This document shows, one piece after another, positions 30,878 to 41,472 of a stretch of 64,000 nt of DNA (position 1 is its first letter; each line of letters begins with the position of its first letter). Source of the DNA: an uncultured Rubripirellula sp. (lineage in GTDB: Bacteria; Planctomycetota; Planctomycetia; Pirellulales; Pirellulaceae); NCBI GenBank assembly GCA_938085445.1, contig CALKGR010000003.1:64001-128000 (forward strand), in the 5' to 3' direction. The notes under the pieces are model-generated. The model had not been told where the DNA came from, did not search any database, and saw only the letters and a list, made by a program, of their open reading frames with translations. Made by a program: the position numbers and the translations under genes.

Positions 30878-32155
30878 TCACTCGCCTAAGTTGAAGAGAT
30901 GACGCAGTGCTTCAAGCAAACCGCGACGATGACCTTCTGCTGCGTCATCACGTAGAGACGCCAACGGTGGGTGCAAGAGCTTGTTGATCAGCCGGTCAAA
31001 TGACCTTTCGATTTCTTTATGGGCTGAGGGATCAAGGTCTTCCAACCGGAGTTTGTTGATCAATCGATTCAGTTCGTCTTTCTTGAGATCCTGCGCTTGC
31101 TCGCGTAGCCTTTGAATGACCGGACCGGTTGCCTTGTGATTGAACGCCTGCATGAAACGCTGCGTTTCTTCGGAGATCACTTGTTTGGCTTTGGGCCATT
31201 CTTTCTGACGTTCACGGCGATTTCGGTCACAGGCTGACTGCAAATCATCGATACCGTACAAATAGACATTCGATAATTCACCGATTGATGGTTCAAAATC
31301 CCGGGGAACTGCCAAGTCGAGAATCAGCAACAGCCGATTCTTGCGTTTGGCATGTAGTGGTAGGAAATTCGTTTCGTTCAAAATGGGTTCGGTTGCGGAG
31401 GTCGTACCAATCAATAGATCAGCACCGACGACCTGTTCCTGCAGATCATCCCACAACGCCGACTCTGCGTTGAATGTATTGGCAAGCGCCACTGCACGAT
31501 CGTAACTTCGATTGATGATGCAAATATCGCTGGCGCCACCCTGTTTCAGATAACGCAAGGTTTCTTCACCCATTTCACCAGCACCGCAGAGCACGACTCG
31601 CTTGTCGTGAAGCGTATCAAACACTTCGGTTGCAACTTCGCCAACAGCGACGCTGGGCACGCTGACCCTTCGGCGATGTATCGATGTTTCCTGCTGGACC
31701 CGCTTTGCGGCACGATTTGCAGCTTGAAATACTGAGTGAGTGAGAGGACCGGCTGATCCAGAATTACAGGCGATGTCATAGGCTTGTTTGACCTGGGACA
31801 GGATTTGTGCCTCGCCTACGACCATACTATCGAGACTGGCAGCAACCGTAAAAAGATGTTCGACTGCATCGGATCCAGCACGATAAATCATCTGGTCCAT
31901 GATCTCATCAGCTTTCAACTGATGCTGATCTGCCAAAAACGAGGCCACGTCATCCCGATCAAGTTCGCTGTCGTTTCCCGCAGTCGCATAAAGTTCAACG
32001 CGATTGCAAGTACTGATCAGTACGATTTCCGATGAAGGGAAACGTTGACGAAAAGCATTCACTGCCTGACCAACCTGGTCACTAGTGAAAGATATCTTTT
32101 CTCGAAACTCAACAGCAGCGTCATGGTGACTGCAACCAATCATTAACAACTTCAT
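30878..32155 (-). CDS. hemA: Glutamyl-tRNA reductase
   Basis: STCNRVELY, SLDSMVVGEAQILSQVK, GAGEMG and DLAVPRD. ATG 32155 overlaps the upstream stop (ATGA). Confidence 0.95.
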   Translation of the reverse strand: MKLLMIGCSHHDAAVEFREKISFTSDQVGQAVNAFRQRFPSSEIVLISTCNRVELYATAGNDSELDRDDVASFLADQHQLKADEIMDQMIYRAGSDAVEHLFTVAASLDSMVVGEAQILSQVKQAYDIACNSGSAGPLTHSVFQAANRAAKRVQQETSIHRRRVSVPSVAVGEVATEVFDTLHDKRVVLCGAGEMGEETLRYLKQGGASDICIINRSYDRAVALANTFNAESALWDDLQEQVVGADLLIGTTSATEPILNETNFLPLHAKRKNRLLLILDLAVPRDFEPSIGELSNVYLYGIDDLQSACDRNRRERQKEWPKAKQVISEETQRFMQAFNHKATGPVIQRLREQAQDLKKDELNRLINKLRLEDLDPSAHKEIERSFDRLINKLLHPPLASLRDDAAEGHRRGLLEALRHLFNLGE

Positions 32156-33081
32156 CGAATGTCCTCCGTTGCAATGAGCCATTCGATCCGCGGTGTAGCT
32201 GTTCGCCCAACCTCCTTAATCGAAGATGAATCATCATCCGTTTGCCCATGCGAGGTGGTGAGGACTCCAATCATTGCCAAGACAAGAAAGCCTCCACTCG
32301 CAAGTGTGAGGTAGACAGCTTTTCTGCCTCGACTGGCGGGAGCGTAAAAGTATTCAACACCTGTCGCGATCAGAAGCCAGATCAGAAGAAGAGTGCTTAG
32401 AAGAACTCCACGATCTGTCCAACCAATACTACCCCAACGATTCAGATTCATCACAACACCGGCGATCAAACCAATGCCGACAGCAGTAGTGCTTCCCACA
32501 AGACATCGCCGATTTAACCTGTCCAAGAACTCGAGGGTTGGCAGACGGAATGAAGATCCCGCTCGCTTCTGTTTTAATCTTCGAGATTGCACCAAATACA
32601 TGATCCCAGCCAGAAATCCGATGAGGACAGCAGTCGAACCAGCCATCATCGCAATAGCGTGAACCGTGCGCCATACTTCGACCGCTTCGGTGCGACTGAA
32701 TGGGGGGCGGTTACCCAAGGCGATGGCTAGTCCCAGCAAGCTCATGACAGCAGGGAGGAAGAAAAAGCTGATGATTGTTTCAGGGCGTCGTAGATAAAGC
32801 ACGAAGAATGCACTCGCCAAGCCCAGGGCCAACAAAAGCGACCAATCCGACCAAGTCGCCAACAGGCCCACTTCCTGGCTTTGTCCCGCCACACCTTCCA
32901 ATGTGGTTGCCCGCAGTAGCAGGTAACAGACGTGAGTGAACAAACCCACTGACATCATTGTGATTACGAATAACCGTCGGCCGGGAAGTCGTCCCAACAG
33001 ACGCAGCAATTCCAGCACCAGCACAACAAAGTAGCTGGCAAAAACGCAGGTGATCGAAATCTCGCTAAGAAAGGCGAGCAT
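32152..33081 (-). CDS. Cytochrome c assembly CcsA/HemX-like membrane protein
   Basis: Multiple TM helices, conserved His (TVHAI), YLVQSRRLK, LPTLEFLD and WTD; translationally coupled to hemA. Confidence 0.8.
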   Translation of the reverse strand: MLAFLSEISITCVFASYFVVLVLELLRLLGRLPGRRLFVITMMSVGLFTHVCYLLLRATTLEGVAGQSQEVGLLATWSDWSLLLALGLASAFFVLYLRRPETIISFFFLPAVMSLLGLAIALGNRPPFSRTEAVEVWRTVHAIAMMAGSTAVLIGFLAGIMYLVQSRRLKQKRAGSSFRLPTLEFLDRLNRRCLVGSTTAVGIGLIAGVVMNLNRWGSIGWTDRGVLLSTLLLIWLLIATGVEYFYAPASRGRKAVYLTLASGGFLVLAMIGVLTTSHGQTDDDSSSIKEVGRTATPRIEWLIATEDIR

Positions 33082-33194
33082 GGAATGATCGGTAAGCTAG
33101 AGGAAGTTTTAGTAGATTGTAGACAGCCATCAATCGTAATCGTTCAGCAATCATTTTCAGCCCACAGGCCACCCTTTCATACCGTAATGTTGCC

Positions 33195-35801
33195 TCACCA
33201 ACTCGCAGAATCCCATTCTTCGATACAAACCTCACCCTCTTTTCCGATTTGAACACGAATGGCACCGGCAACTGCTGTTACATGTACATCCGAGCCATGC
33301 GCTGAGAGCATTTTCAGTACTTCTGGTTTGCGGGCCCTCTCGCCACCACTGACGATCGTTTCCCCGGGGCGTGCCCAAGCCAGAACAGACGCTGCATCCA
33401 TTCTAAGGCTGCCGTGGTGTGGGGCCATCAAAATACCTCCCGGATTCGGGCGCGGCAGATTGATAAGTATGGCGGTGCCGGGAGGTTCAAGGTCACCGGG
33501 AAGGATCATGCTTCGGCCACGCCAACACAGGTGCAACACAAGACTATTAGCGTTATCGCTGCCAGGCAAACGCTCGAGAGGTGGATGTAAGACTCGGAAT
33601 GTTTGCGAAAACCGGTAACCTGCATGCCCCAATTTCTCAGACTTGGTCCATCCAATATTGTAGTGCGCTTCCTTGACATCAATCTGGTAACGCTTGATCG
33701 AATCCTGAATAGGGATCAACGCCGATTCCGGCTCGCTAAGCATCCCCGGTGGCGTAATCACACAGTTAACGTGGAATCGTTTCAGGAGGCCAGGTAGCGC
33801 ATTGAAGTGATCAGAATCAGCATGGGAGAGAATGATTCCATTGAGTCGTGTGATCCCCAGAGACCAGAGTGCACGATCGATACCAGCACTACTATATGAT
33901 TCATTTCCGAGCCGACCACAGTCGTACATCCACACTTCCTTCGATGGCAGACGCAAGATAACGCAAGTTCCGTGGCCTACATCCAAGAAAGTTGCCTCCA
34001 AAGTACCTTTAGGTGCGCTCCGCCCACCAGTGGCCAATCCATAAGCTGCCGCTATCCAGATTCCAACCCAGAGACACCGGCTAATGCGAAGCCACCTGAC
34101 ATGGTATGGCAGGAAAAAACTTGTTGTCAGCAGAACGTAAAAGATGACGACCCAATAACCTGGCGGTGCAGGTAACCATGCGTGGCCGCATGGTATGTCC
34201 GATGCTACCGACATCACCCACTGCATCCCTTCCAGCGTTTGGCTGCAAATCCAACCGGGGACGATCGCAAGCGACTCATGGAACACACCCGTTGCGATTA
34301 CTAATATCCCCGACCCCAAAGCAACCACCAGGCATGGTGCCAATAGCAGATTCACTAGCACACTAATTGGTGAGACAACGTGAAATTCATACCAGACCAA
34401 TGGCATGCAGATCATGGTGACACAACAACTGAACCACAACAACTGCCGCATTTTTCTGCCTAAGTATTCTGCATGCACCAGCAAGCTACTTCTGCCAGTA
34501 TCGATCAGTTCATCCAATAGTTTGTCTTGATCATCATGAACAGTATCACCAGGCTCACGGGCGAATTTTCTCGCACACAGGACGAGTGTTGTTACTGCCA
34601 GAAACGAGAGTTGAACACCGATGTTCACAACATTTCCAGGGTTGATCAGAATCAAAATCATGGCGGCGACTGACAAAGTATTGATCGGTTGATTCACTCG
34701 TCGCAGCCAAACGGCCCCCAAGAAGACTCCGACTAGAACCGCGGCGCGAATGACGGGTGGTCGGGCCCCGGTAAGGGATGTGTAAAATAGACAAAACAAA
34801 AGAATGAAGAGGATCTTTGCCCTCATCGGCAACCGTACCAGCGTCGCAAGCAAGTTTGCCAAAACGACCAGGATTGCTAAGTGCATGCCACTGACAGATA
34901 GAAGATGAGCTGTGCCAGTAACCAGCAGTAAATCAGTTGTGGCATCGTCGATGTAGTCACGTTGGCCTAGCACCATAGCTACTGCAAGCGGACCAGCCGA
35001 GGCAGATGTGTGTTGCAATAATTCATCACGCCCGATGGCAGCAAATTGGGCAAGCCATCGTTGAACCACTCTTTGAATACCTGCTGTTTCGGGCAATGTG
35101 ATGATTTGGCTGGGAGCACTGACTTTGAACCGTGCCTGCAAATCACGATACCGGTATCTAGGCCGTAGGTCCTGTTGTCCCGGATTGCTAGGTGGATGGA
35201 ACTGACATAATTTTCCGTAGGCCTCGATTACGTCACCCGGCAATAGATCCTGATAACGGCCCTCGACGACGACCAGCACTCTGCCATTCGAACGTTCGAA
35301 ATCCTGCCCCACTCTTAGTTCGGTGATTTCAACTTCGATTTGAGTTTGCCACGGAGAGCGATGGTGCGCGGCAACATCGAGTCGTGATTGCCGATTACGC
35401 AGCGTCGGCGGGCGATCGACAATCCCGTGGATGACGGTGGGCTGCTCGGTCAAACACAAATATTGCATGATCGTGCGACTGTGATACAGATCGCTTTGAG
35501 TGCGATGCAAGTACCCGCCAAATGGCACAAACACCAGGATTGCGATTACCCGACGGATGGAGGGGGTCGCTCGAATGAGCAGCATCAGACAGATCGCAAT
35601 CGCAATCAACCAACCGAATACCGAGAAGGTGCACATCGCGGTCGAAGGACTCGGCGAGAAGCAGGAATCCAACAGGACCCCGGCAATCGTGGCCACAGCG
35701 ATCAACAACATGGGTAGCTGGTTAACCCAGGACTGAGGTGACCTAGGCAAATAGGTGATTAACCACGAATAGAAATTTTGTGCCCCAATCAACGCGTTCA
35801 T
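33195..35801 (-). CDS. comEC: ComEC/Rec2 competence protein (start uncertain)
   Basis: TGTAHLLSVSGMH, GVQLSFLA, FLDVGHG, SHADSDH, DNANSLVL, LPGDLE and PHHGS. Confidence 0.9.
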   Translation of the reverse strand: MNALIGAQNFYSWLITYLPRSPQSWVNQLPMLLIAVATIAGVLLDSCFSPSPSTAMCTFSVFGWLIAIAICLMLLIRATPSIRRVIAILVFVPFGGYLHRTQSDLYHSRTIMQYLCLTEQPTVIHGIVDRPPTLRNRQSRLDVAAHHRSPWQTQIEVEITELRVGQDFERSNGRVLVVVEGRYQDLLPGDVIEAYGKLCQFHPPSNPGQQDLRPRYRYRDLQARFKVSAPSQIITLPETAGIQRVVQRWLAQFAAIGRDELLQHTSASAGPLAVAMVLGQRDYIDDATTDLLLVTGTAHLLSVSGMHLAILVVLANLLATLVRLPMRAKILFILLFCLFYTSLTGARPPVIRAAVLVGVFLGAVWLRRVNQPINTLSVAAMILILINPGNVVNIGVQLSFLAVTTLVLCARKFAREPGDTVHDDQDKLLDELIDTGRSSLLVHAEYLGRKMRQLLWFSCCVTMICMPLVWYEFHVVSPISVLVNLLLAPCLVVALGSGILVIATGVFHESLAIVPGWICSQTLEGMQWVMSVASDIPCGHAWLPAPPGYWVVIFYVLLTTSFFLPYHVRWLRISRCLWVGIWIAAAYGLATGGRSAPKGTLEATFLDVGHGTCVILRLPSKEVWMYDCGRLGNESYSSAGIDRALWSLGITRLNGIILSHADSDHFNALPGLLKRFHVNCVITPPGMLSEPESALIPIQDSIKRYQIDVKEAHYNIGWTKSEKLGHAGYRFSQTFRVLHPPLERLPGSDNANSLVLHLCWRGRSMILPGDLEPPGTAILINLPRPNPGGILMAPHHGSLRMDAASVLAWARPGETIVSGGERARKPEVLKMLSAHGSDVHVTAVAGAIRVQIGKEGEVCIEEWDSASW

Positions 35802-35888
35802 CTCTCCCCAACTCGGTTATCTTGTGGGGCATGCGGTGGTGATCATCGCATCCAAGATTTCGAGCTTTTTCTGACAAGGATCTTCCAA

Positions 35889-38036
35889 GTGAATTTACAT
35901 CTTTTCCGTTGCTTGGTGTCACTTTTCGTTGTTTTCAACCTCACTTCTGATGTTTTACAAGCTCAGGAGAAATCCCAAGATGCTGGCACAAACAAAATGA
36001 AGTATCCAGAAACGAAGGTAATGGATGTTGTCGATGATTATCACGGTAGGAAGGTTTCTGATCCGTATCGCTGGTTAGAAGACACTGAAAGTGAACAGAC
36101 AGCGGAGTGGATAGCGGCAGAAAATAAAATCACGCAAAGTTATTTGCAATCAATTCCCGCTCGAAAAATGATGCAACAAAGGCTCAAAAAGTTGTGGAAC
36201 TATGAGCGATTCGGGATGCCTAGTCATCGAGGCGACACTTATTTTTACACCCACAATGACGGGCTTCAAAACCAAAGTGTGTACTACAAATCCACTTCTC
36301 TGGAAGCTCCGCGTGAGGTTCTGCTGAACCCTAATACGTTGAGCCAGGATGGCACCGTTGCCTTAGCGGGTGCTGTAGCAAGCAAAGACGGGAAATTGCT
36401 TGCTTATGGATTAGCCGATGGTGGCAGTGATTGGCGGACTTGGAAGGTTCGCGATGTTGCTTCAGGTAAAGATCTTGAAGATTTGGTTCAGTGGGTAAAG
36501 TTCAGTAGCATCGCTTGGATGCCTGACGGGAGTGGTTTCTTCTACGGAAGGTATGCAGAACCACTGGAAGGGCAGGAACTGACAGGCACCAATGAAAACC
36601 AGAGGATGTATTTTCACAGGATCGGAGACCCGCAAAGCGAAGATCAGCTCATTTTAGAGCGACCGGACCATCCCAAATGGGGATTTTCACCTGCTGTGAC
36701 TGATGACGGCAGATATCTGATCATCCAGAATTGGAAAGGTAGCGAACCAAAGTCGCAGATATTCATCAAGGACTTGCAGCAATCGGATTCCAAAGTGGAA
36801 CCGCTTATCACTGGTTTTGATGCAGAATATGAGTGGGTTGCTGCCGATGGTGACACGTTATTTTTCATGACCGACCATGAAGCGCCGAAACGGCGTTTGA
36901 TCGCGGTATCAACGAAACAATCCCATCGGAGCCAGTGGCGTGAAATAATTCCTCAAACCGACGATGTTCTGCAAGGAGCGAATTTGTTTGGGTCAGTATT
37001 TTACGCCAGCTGGTTGAAGGATGCCCGTGGCAAGGTCACCCGTCATGATATGGATGGTGGACTGTTGAGTGAACTTGAATTACCCGGTGTTGGTACTGTC
37101 AGTGGCTTTGGAGGCAAGCGAGATGCGAAAGAAACCTTTTTCTCCTTTGCCAACTACGTCACTCCTGCGTCGATCTATCGTTTGAGTTTGCCGGATGGGA
37201 ACATCAGTTTATGGCGACGCCCCGAGCTTGATTTCAATGTAGAAGAGTTTGTGACCGAGCAACTTTTTTGCAAAAGCAAAGATGGTACGACGGTACCAAT
37301 CATCGTGACTCGAAGGAAAGATTCAAAACTGGATGGATCCAATCGCACCTTGTTGTACGGGTATGGTGGATTCAATATCTCCATCACACCATCGTTTTCG
37401 CCAGCAACTGTCGGCTGGGTTGAAAGTGGTGGTGTTTATGCGGTCGCCAATCTACGTGGTGGTGGCGAGTATGGTCGCCAATGGCACGAAGACGGCATGC
37501 GGCTCAAGAAGCAGAATGTGTTCAATGACTGCATCGCTGCCGCAGAATATCTTGTCAAGGAAGGCTATACACAACCAAGTCGACTGGCACTGCAAGGACG
37601 TAGTAATGGTGGATTGTTGGTAGGGGCTGTCATGACTCAACGCCCCGATTTGTTTGGCGCGTGCCTGCCTGGCGTTGGGGTCATGGATATGCTGCGATAT
37701 CACAAATTCACTATCGGTTGGGCATGGGCCACTGAGTATGGAAGCAGTGATGAAGAAGATCAAATCGATAACCTGCTTTCCTATTCACCACTTCATAATT
37801 TGAAACGTGGCACATGCTATCCCGCAACGCTGGTAACAACAGCCGAACGGGATGATCGAGTGGTTCCGGGACATAGTTTCAAGTTTGCCGCTGCCTTACA
37901 GGCAGCGCAAGGCTGTGATCACCCTACCTTGATTAGAATCGAAACCCGAGCGGGTCACGGAGCAGGGACACCTATCAGTAAACGAATTGATGAGTATGCC
38001 GATCTGTGGGCTTTTTTGATTGCGAATCTGAACTAG
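35889..38036 (+). CDS. Secreted prolyl oligopeptidase (S9A)
   Basis: DPYRWLED, LLYGYGGF, ANLRGGGEYG, GRSNGGLL, DDRVVPGHS and AGHGAG. GTG start after an AAGGA RBS, then a signal peptide. Confidence 0.93.
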   Translation: MNLHLFRCLVSLFVVFNLTSDVLQAQEKSQDAGTNKMKYPETKVMDVVDDYHGRKVSDPYRWLEDTESEQTAEWIAAENKITQSYLQSIPARKMMQQRLKKLWNYERFGMPSHRGDTYFYTHNDGLQNQSVYYKSTSLEAPREVLLNPNTLSQDGTVALAGAVASKDGKLLAYGLADGGSDWRTWKVRDVASGKDLEDLVQWVKFSSIAWMPDGSGFFYGRYAEPLEGQELTGTNENQRMYFHRIGDPQSEDQLILERPDHPKWGFSPAVTDDGRYLIIQNWKGSEPKSQIFIKDLQQSDSKVEPLITGFDAEYEWVAADGDTLFFMTDHEAPKRRLIAVSTKQSHRSQWREIIPQTDDVLQGANLFGSVFYASWLKDARGKVTRHDMDGGLLSELELPGVGTVSGFGGKRDAKETFFSFANYVTPASIYRLSLPDGNISLWRRPELDFNVEEFVTEQLFCKSKDGTTVPIIVTRRKDSKLDGSNRTLLYGYGGFNISITPSFSPATVGWVESGGVYAVANLRGGGEYGRQWHEDGMRLKKQNVFNDCIAAAEYLVKEGYTQPSRLALQGRSNGGLLVGAVMTQRPDLFGACLPGVGVMDMLRYHKFTIGWAWATEYGSSDEEDQIDNLLSYSPLHNLKRGTCYPATLVTTAERDDRVVPGHSFKFAAALQAAQGCDHPTLIRIETRAGHGAGTPISKRIDEYADLWAFLIANLN

Positions 38037-38248
38037 TCCCCGGCCTCGGTGATCTCGCCTCAGCTTGACGGCTAATGAACAGTGCCCATGCTGAGAGTCA
38101 AATACCTGTCTTGTTTGGCAAAGCAAAGGTGGGACGACCAATTGATTGTCTTGCTCTATTTTAACTGGGGAAACAGTCAGGCCGCTCCAGTTTGGTTGCC
38201 TTTTCCTTTCTTTCGCTTTTAACACCCTGAGTTGGGGCCTTCCGTAAC

Positions 38249-39046
38249 ATGTTTCTGCAAGAACCTGCTCAGTCACCGTACGATTTGCGATTCACTTTGT
38301 TTGATGTTCCGATTCGCGTGTCGTGGACGTTCTGGATCGCTGCATTCGTTTTTGGATACAGTCTATCGCGTAATCTGGATTTCTTACTGGGGGCCAACAG
38401 CATCGGGTTGCTGCAAACTTTGCTGGTCTGGTCAGCTTGTTTGTTTGTGTCAATCGTGATCCATGAGTTGGGGCACTCACTCGCGTTTCGTCGCTATGGA
38501 ATTGAGTCGTCAATTGTTCTTTATCACTTCGGTGGGATGGCGATTCCAGGAAGATCACGCACAACAGACCACTCGTTTGGTGGGCTGACTCCCAAGCAGA
38601 ATATCTGGATTTCGCTTGCCGGTCCCTTAGCCCAGCTCGGATCCGGTGTGTTGGTTGTGATTGCTGTGAAATTTGCCGGTTATCAGCTGTTTGTGTTCAA
38701 TATGATGCCTCGATTTCTCAACTTTGTCCCATCTCTGGTCGAAGGGAACGTAATCGATAGCCCAGGACTCTTCGTGCTTGTCACCTCGTACATCTTCCCG
38801 AGCATTCTATGGGCCTTGCTGAACCTGTTACCTGTGATGCCACTGGATGGTGGTCAAGTGATAAAATCGGTTGTGCAGTTGACTGGCGGTAACATCATTC
38901 AAGCACTTTGGGTCAGTGTGATTGTTGCGGGTGTGGTTGGTTTTTATGGGTTCACAAACGGCCAAACGTATTTAGGAATACTTTTTTTGATGCTTGGTTG
39001 GACAAATTTTCAAGCGATTCAACAAAGCAGCCGAATGGGTTATTGA
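38249..39046 (+). CDS. Site-2 protease (M50) family membrane metalloprotease
   Basis: HELGH zinc motif, ISLAGP and NLLPVMPLDGG. Confidence 0.9.
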   Translation: MFLQEPAQSPYDLRFTLFDVPIRVSWTFWIAAFVFGYSLSRNLDFLLGANSIGLLQTLLVWSACLFVSIVIHELGHSLAFRRYGIESSIVLYHFGGMAIPGRSRTTDHSFGGLTPKQNIWISLAGPLAQLGSGVLVVIAVKFAGYQLFVFNMMPRFLNFVPSLVEGNVIDSPGLFVLVTSYIFPSILWALLNLLPVMPLDGGQVIKSVVQLTGGNIIQALWVSVIVAGVVGFYGFTNGQTYLGILFLMLGWTNFQAIQQSSRMGY

Positions 39047-39243
39047 ACTGGGCTGGAAATACTCGTTGTTCACTTTTCTTTCGTTACTTACGTCCGTTTT
39101 GCACGTTCGTGTGCGCACCAAAGTGCTCAATTAAATGGAAAGAGAGCTTTCACGTAACAATTTTTTTTTGGCACGCAACCACTTTTTTTAAAAAAACATG
39201 TTGCGGAATTTGTAGAAGCGCGTAAAGTTACGCCCAGTTTTAA

Positions 39244-39401
39244 ACGGTTGGAAGGATGAGCCGGAACGATGTTGGACATCAAGGCTCAGAGATTCAACCA
39301 CACATGACGGTTGGTGAGCCGTGGCCGGTGACTTCTAAAGTGTTGCTTTAAAAGTCTCGAGGACTCGCCAACGTTTCCTTTCTCAGCGGAGGAAGAACGT
39401 G
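39244..39401 (+). ncRNA. Candidate structured 5' leader of the histone-like gene
   Basis: Two nested hairpins (39246-39299, 39310-39372) and a third pairing that covers the GGAGGA RBS and GTG start. Predicted by eye only. Confidence 0.35.
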
Positions 39402-39653
39402 GCCAAGAAGAAAGCAAAGAAGAAAGCAGCTACTAAGAAGAAGGCTACTAAGAAGAAGGCTGCAAAGCGTTCGACTAAGAAGAAAGCCGCCAAGAAGAAA
39501 GTTGCAAAGAAGAAGGCAACTAAGAAAAAAGCTGCTAAAAAAGCAACTAAGAAAAAGGCGACTAAGAAGAAAGCCGCCAAGAAAAAAGCAACCAAGAAGA
39601 AAGCTACTAAAAAGCGTTCTACCAAGAAAAAAGCCGCTAAAAAGCGTCGCTAG
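39399..39653 (+). CDS. Histone H1-like Lys/Ala-rich DNA-binding protein
   Basis: 84 aa made of (A/T)KKK(A) pentapeptide repeats; GGAGGA RBS, GTG start and a downstream terminator. Confidence 0.85.
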   Translation: MAKKKAKKKAATKKKATKKKAAKRSTKKKAAKKKVAKKKATKKKAAKKATKKKATKKKAAKKKATKKKATKKRSTKKKAAKKRR

Positions 39654-39692
39654 GTTGCATCACAGTTCAGTTACGACTGAACCGTTACAAAT

Positions 39693-39734
39693 AAAAAAAG
39701 CTGTGTCAGGGCTCTGCTCCGATACGGCTTTTTT
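39693..39734. terminator. Bidirectional-type Rho-independent terminator
   Basis: aaaaaagctgtgtc...gatacggctttttt stem flanked by A and T runs. Confidence 0.75.
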
Positions 39735-40175
39735 CATGCGCACAACAAAAATCCTCATTCACGCTTCAATTCAATCCGTTCGCTGATTCCCAATCCCATC
39801 CAGATGACACTGATGTTTAAGATCGATCCACAGGTTATTTGGAAAAAATTAATGAGAATTACAGAGAGAAACCAATGCAAATCGCGCAGCAACGCTGAAA
39901 ATGCATCCGTCTTGAATTATCGAAGGTTGCCATTGCTAGCAATCCATGCTGAAACGGAAGCTTATGGACAGAGAATCACCTCGACGCAGGTGAGTGAAAC
40001 GCTGCATGCCTGAGCTTAATTGTTCCCCGCATGATCGACTTTTGTCTCACTCGCTTGCTAGCAATGAGATGTTTTTTTAAGGCGAGCATTGGCATTCGCC
40101 GCCGGCGTTGATTAGGAAGCCAGCGTTGATTACGAAGGAGGTCCAATGCTTGAAAGAAACATCGTCCTAGGCTGA

Positions 40176-41255
40176 TCAGAGAGTCGGTAAACTCACTTTG
40201 GTTGGCTGATTGGCAGCCCGCATGGCTAATTCACGTACCACTGCTTTGCAGATCGCATCGAATGGTGCTCGTGAGGCATCATTGGACTGAATCACATCCG
40301 CTAGTTTTCCTTCATCACCAGCGGTTCGCAGAGTGATATCGATCGGCAGTCCACCGAGGAAAGGAACGTTGAGCTCCTCGGCTTTCTGTCGCGCCCCACC
40401 TTTGCCAAAAATATCATACGTTTTCCCACAGTCTGGGCATTGAAAGCCACTCATGTTCTCGACCATTCCAAGAATTGGAATTTCAACTTTACGAAACATG
40501 CTAACAGCCTTGATTGCATCAAGCAGGGCAACTTCTTGCGGAGTGCAGACGATGACGGCGCCTGCCAGCGGAAGCGCTTGTGATAGGGTCAATGCAACGT
40601 CGCCGGTACCTGGTGGCATATCAATGATCAGGTAGTCCAAATCACCCCAATCGGTATCACCGAGAAATTGGTTGATTGATCCATGCAGCATTGGACCCCT
40701 CCAGATGACTGCCTGATCTGGTTCGACAAGGAATCCCATCGACATGACCGGAAGATCACCATCGAGTTTGATAGGATCAATTCGTTTTTGCGCAGTGATA
40801 GCAGGGCGACCGGTTAATCCCAGCAATTGAGGGATGCTTGGGCCATAAACATCAGCATCCATCAGTCCTACTTTGGCACCGTATCGCCTTAGAGTCAGTG
40901 CCAAGGACGCTGCGACGGTACTCTTTCCGACACCTCCTTTGCCACTACCCACAGCGATGACGCTTTTCGCTTTTAACGCGATTTGTCCGATCCGAGCAGG
41001 TGGCCGCGGATGGTTGACGTAGGTGATCGTGACTTTGCTTCCCGGTGCTGCTGCCACGATTTTCGATTCTAAAGCGTCAGATAGTTCATCAGCCATGGGT
41101 GCGCTGTGGCTTGTCAATCCTATCGTGAGTGCCGCGTTATTTTGATCAACAACGATATCCTTGATTTGACCCATGGAATCCAACCCACGTCCTGTTTCCG
41201 GGTCGGGATGATCGGAAATAGCGTTCCGGACGGTTTCGGGGGACAAGTGGCTCAT
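40176..41255 (-). CDS. mrp: Mrp/NBP35 Fe-S cluster carrier ATPase (ApbC)
   Basis: GKGGVGKST, DADVYGPS, IWRGPM, DMPPGTGD and ENMSGFQCPDC. Confidence 0.93.
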   Translation of the reverse strand: MSHLSPETVRNAISDHPDPETGRGLDSMGQIKDIVVDQNNAALTIGLTSHSAPMADELSDALESKIVAAAPGSKVTITYVNHPRPPARIGQIALKAKSVIAVGSGKGGVGKSTVAASLALTLRRYGAKVGLMDADVYGPSIPQLLGLTGRPAITAQKRIDPIKLDGDLPVMSMGFLVEPDQAVIWRGPMLHGSINQFLGDTDWGDLDYLIIDMPPGTGDVALTLSQALPLAGAVIVCTPQEVALLDAIKAVSMFRKVEIPILGMVENMSGFQCPDCGKTYDIFGKGGARQKAEELNVPFLGGLPIDITLRTAGDEGKLADVIQSNDASRAPFDAICKAVVRELAMRAANQPTKVSLPTL

Positions 41256-41472
41256 GTTCAGTCTCGTGACGCTGTTGGAGGACTTCGATTTGTGGGATTC
41301 CGGCAGGGGCAACCTTGCAGGCGGTCGTATTTCACAGAAAAAAGCCAATCAGAAGGTCAAGAACAGACTGAGAGACGATTTGGTTTTGAGAACACGGTAG
41401 TGGCAAACTTGCCATAGCACTCGACGCTTCATTGCGAATTCTCAGGGCACCTGCCCAGAAGATTCCACACCC

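Noticed and set aside
39168..39186. TGGCAC as a sigma54 promoter for the histone-like gene
   Set aside because: The -24 element is present but there is no GC at the -12 position.
39383..39625. Phe/Leu-rich 80-aa 'membrane protein'
   Set aside because: Reverse complement of the Lys-rich histone-like gene, which has the RBS and terminator.
40105..40137. gcgttgatta(g/c)gaag direct repeat; also the 15-bp duplication at ~12710-12739
   Set aside because: Only two copies each and no associated element; probably local duplications.
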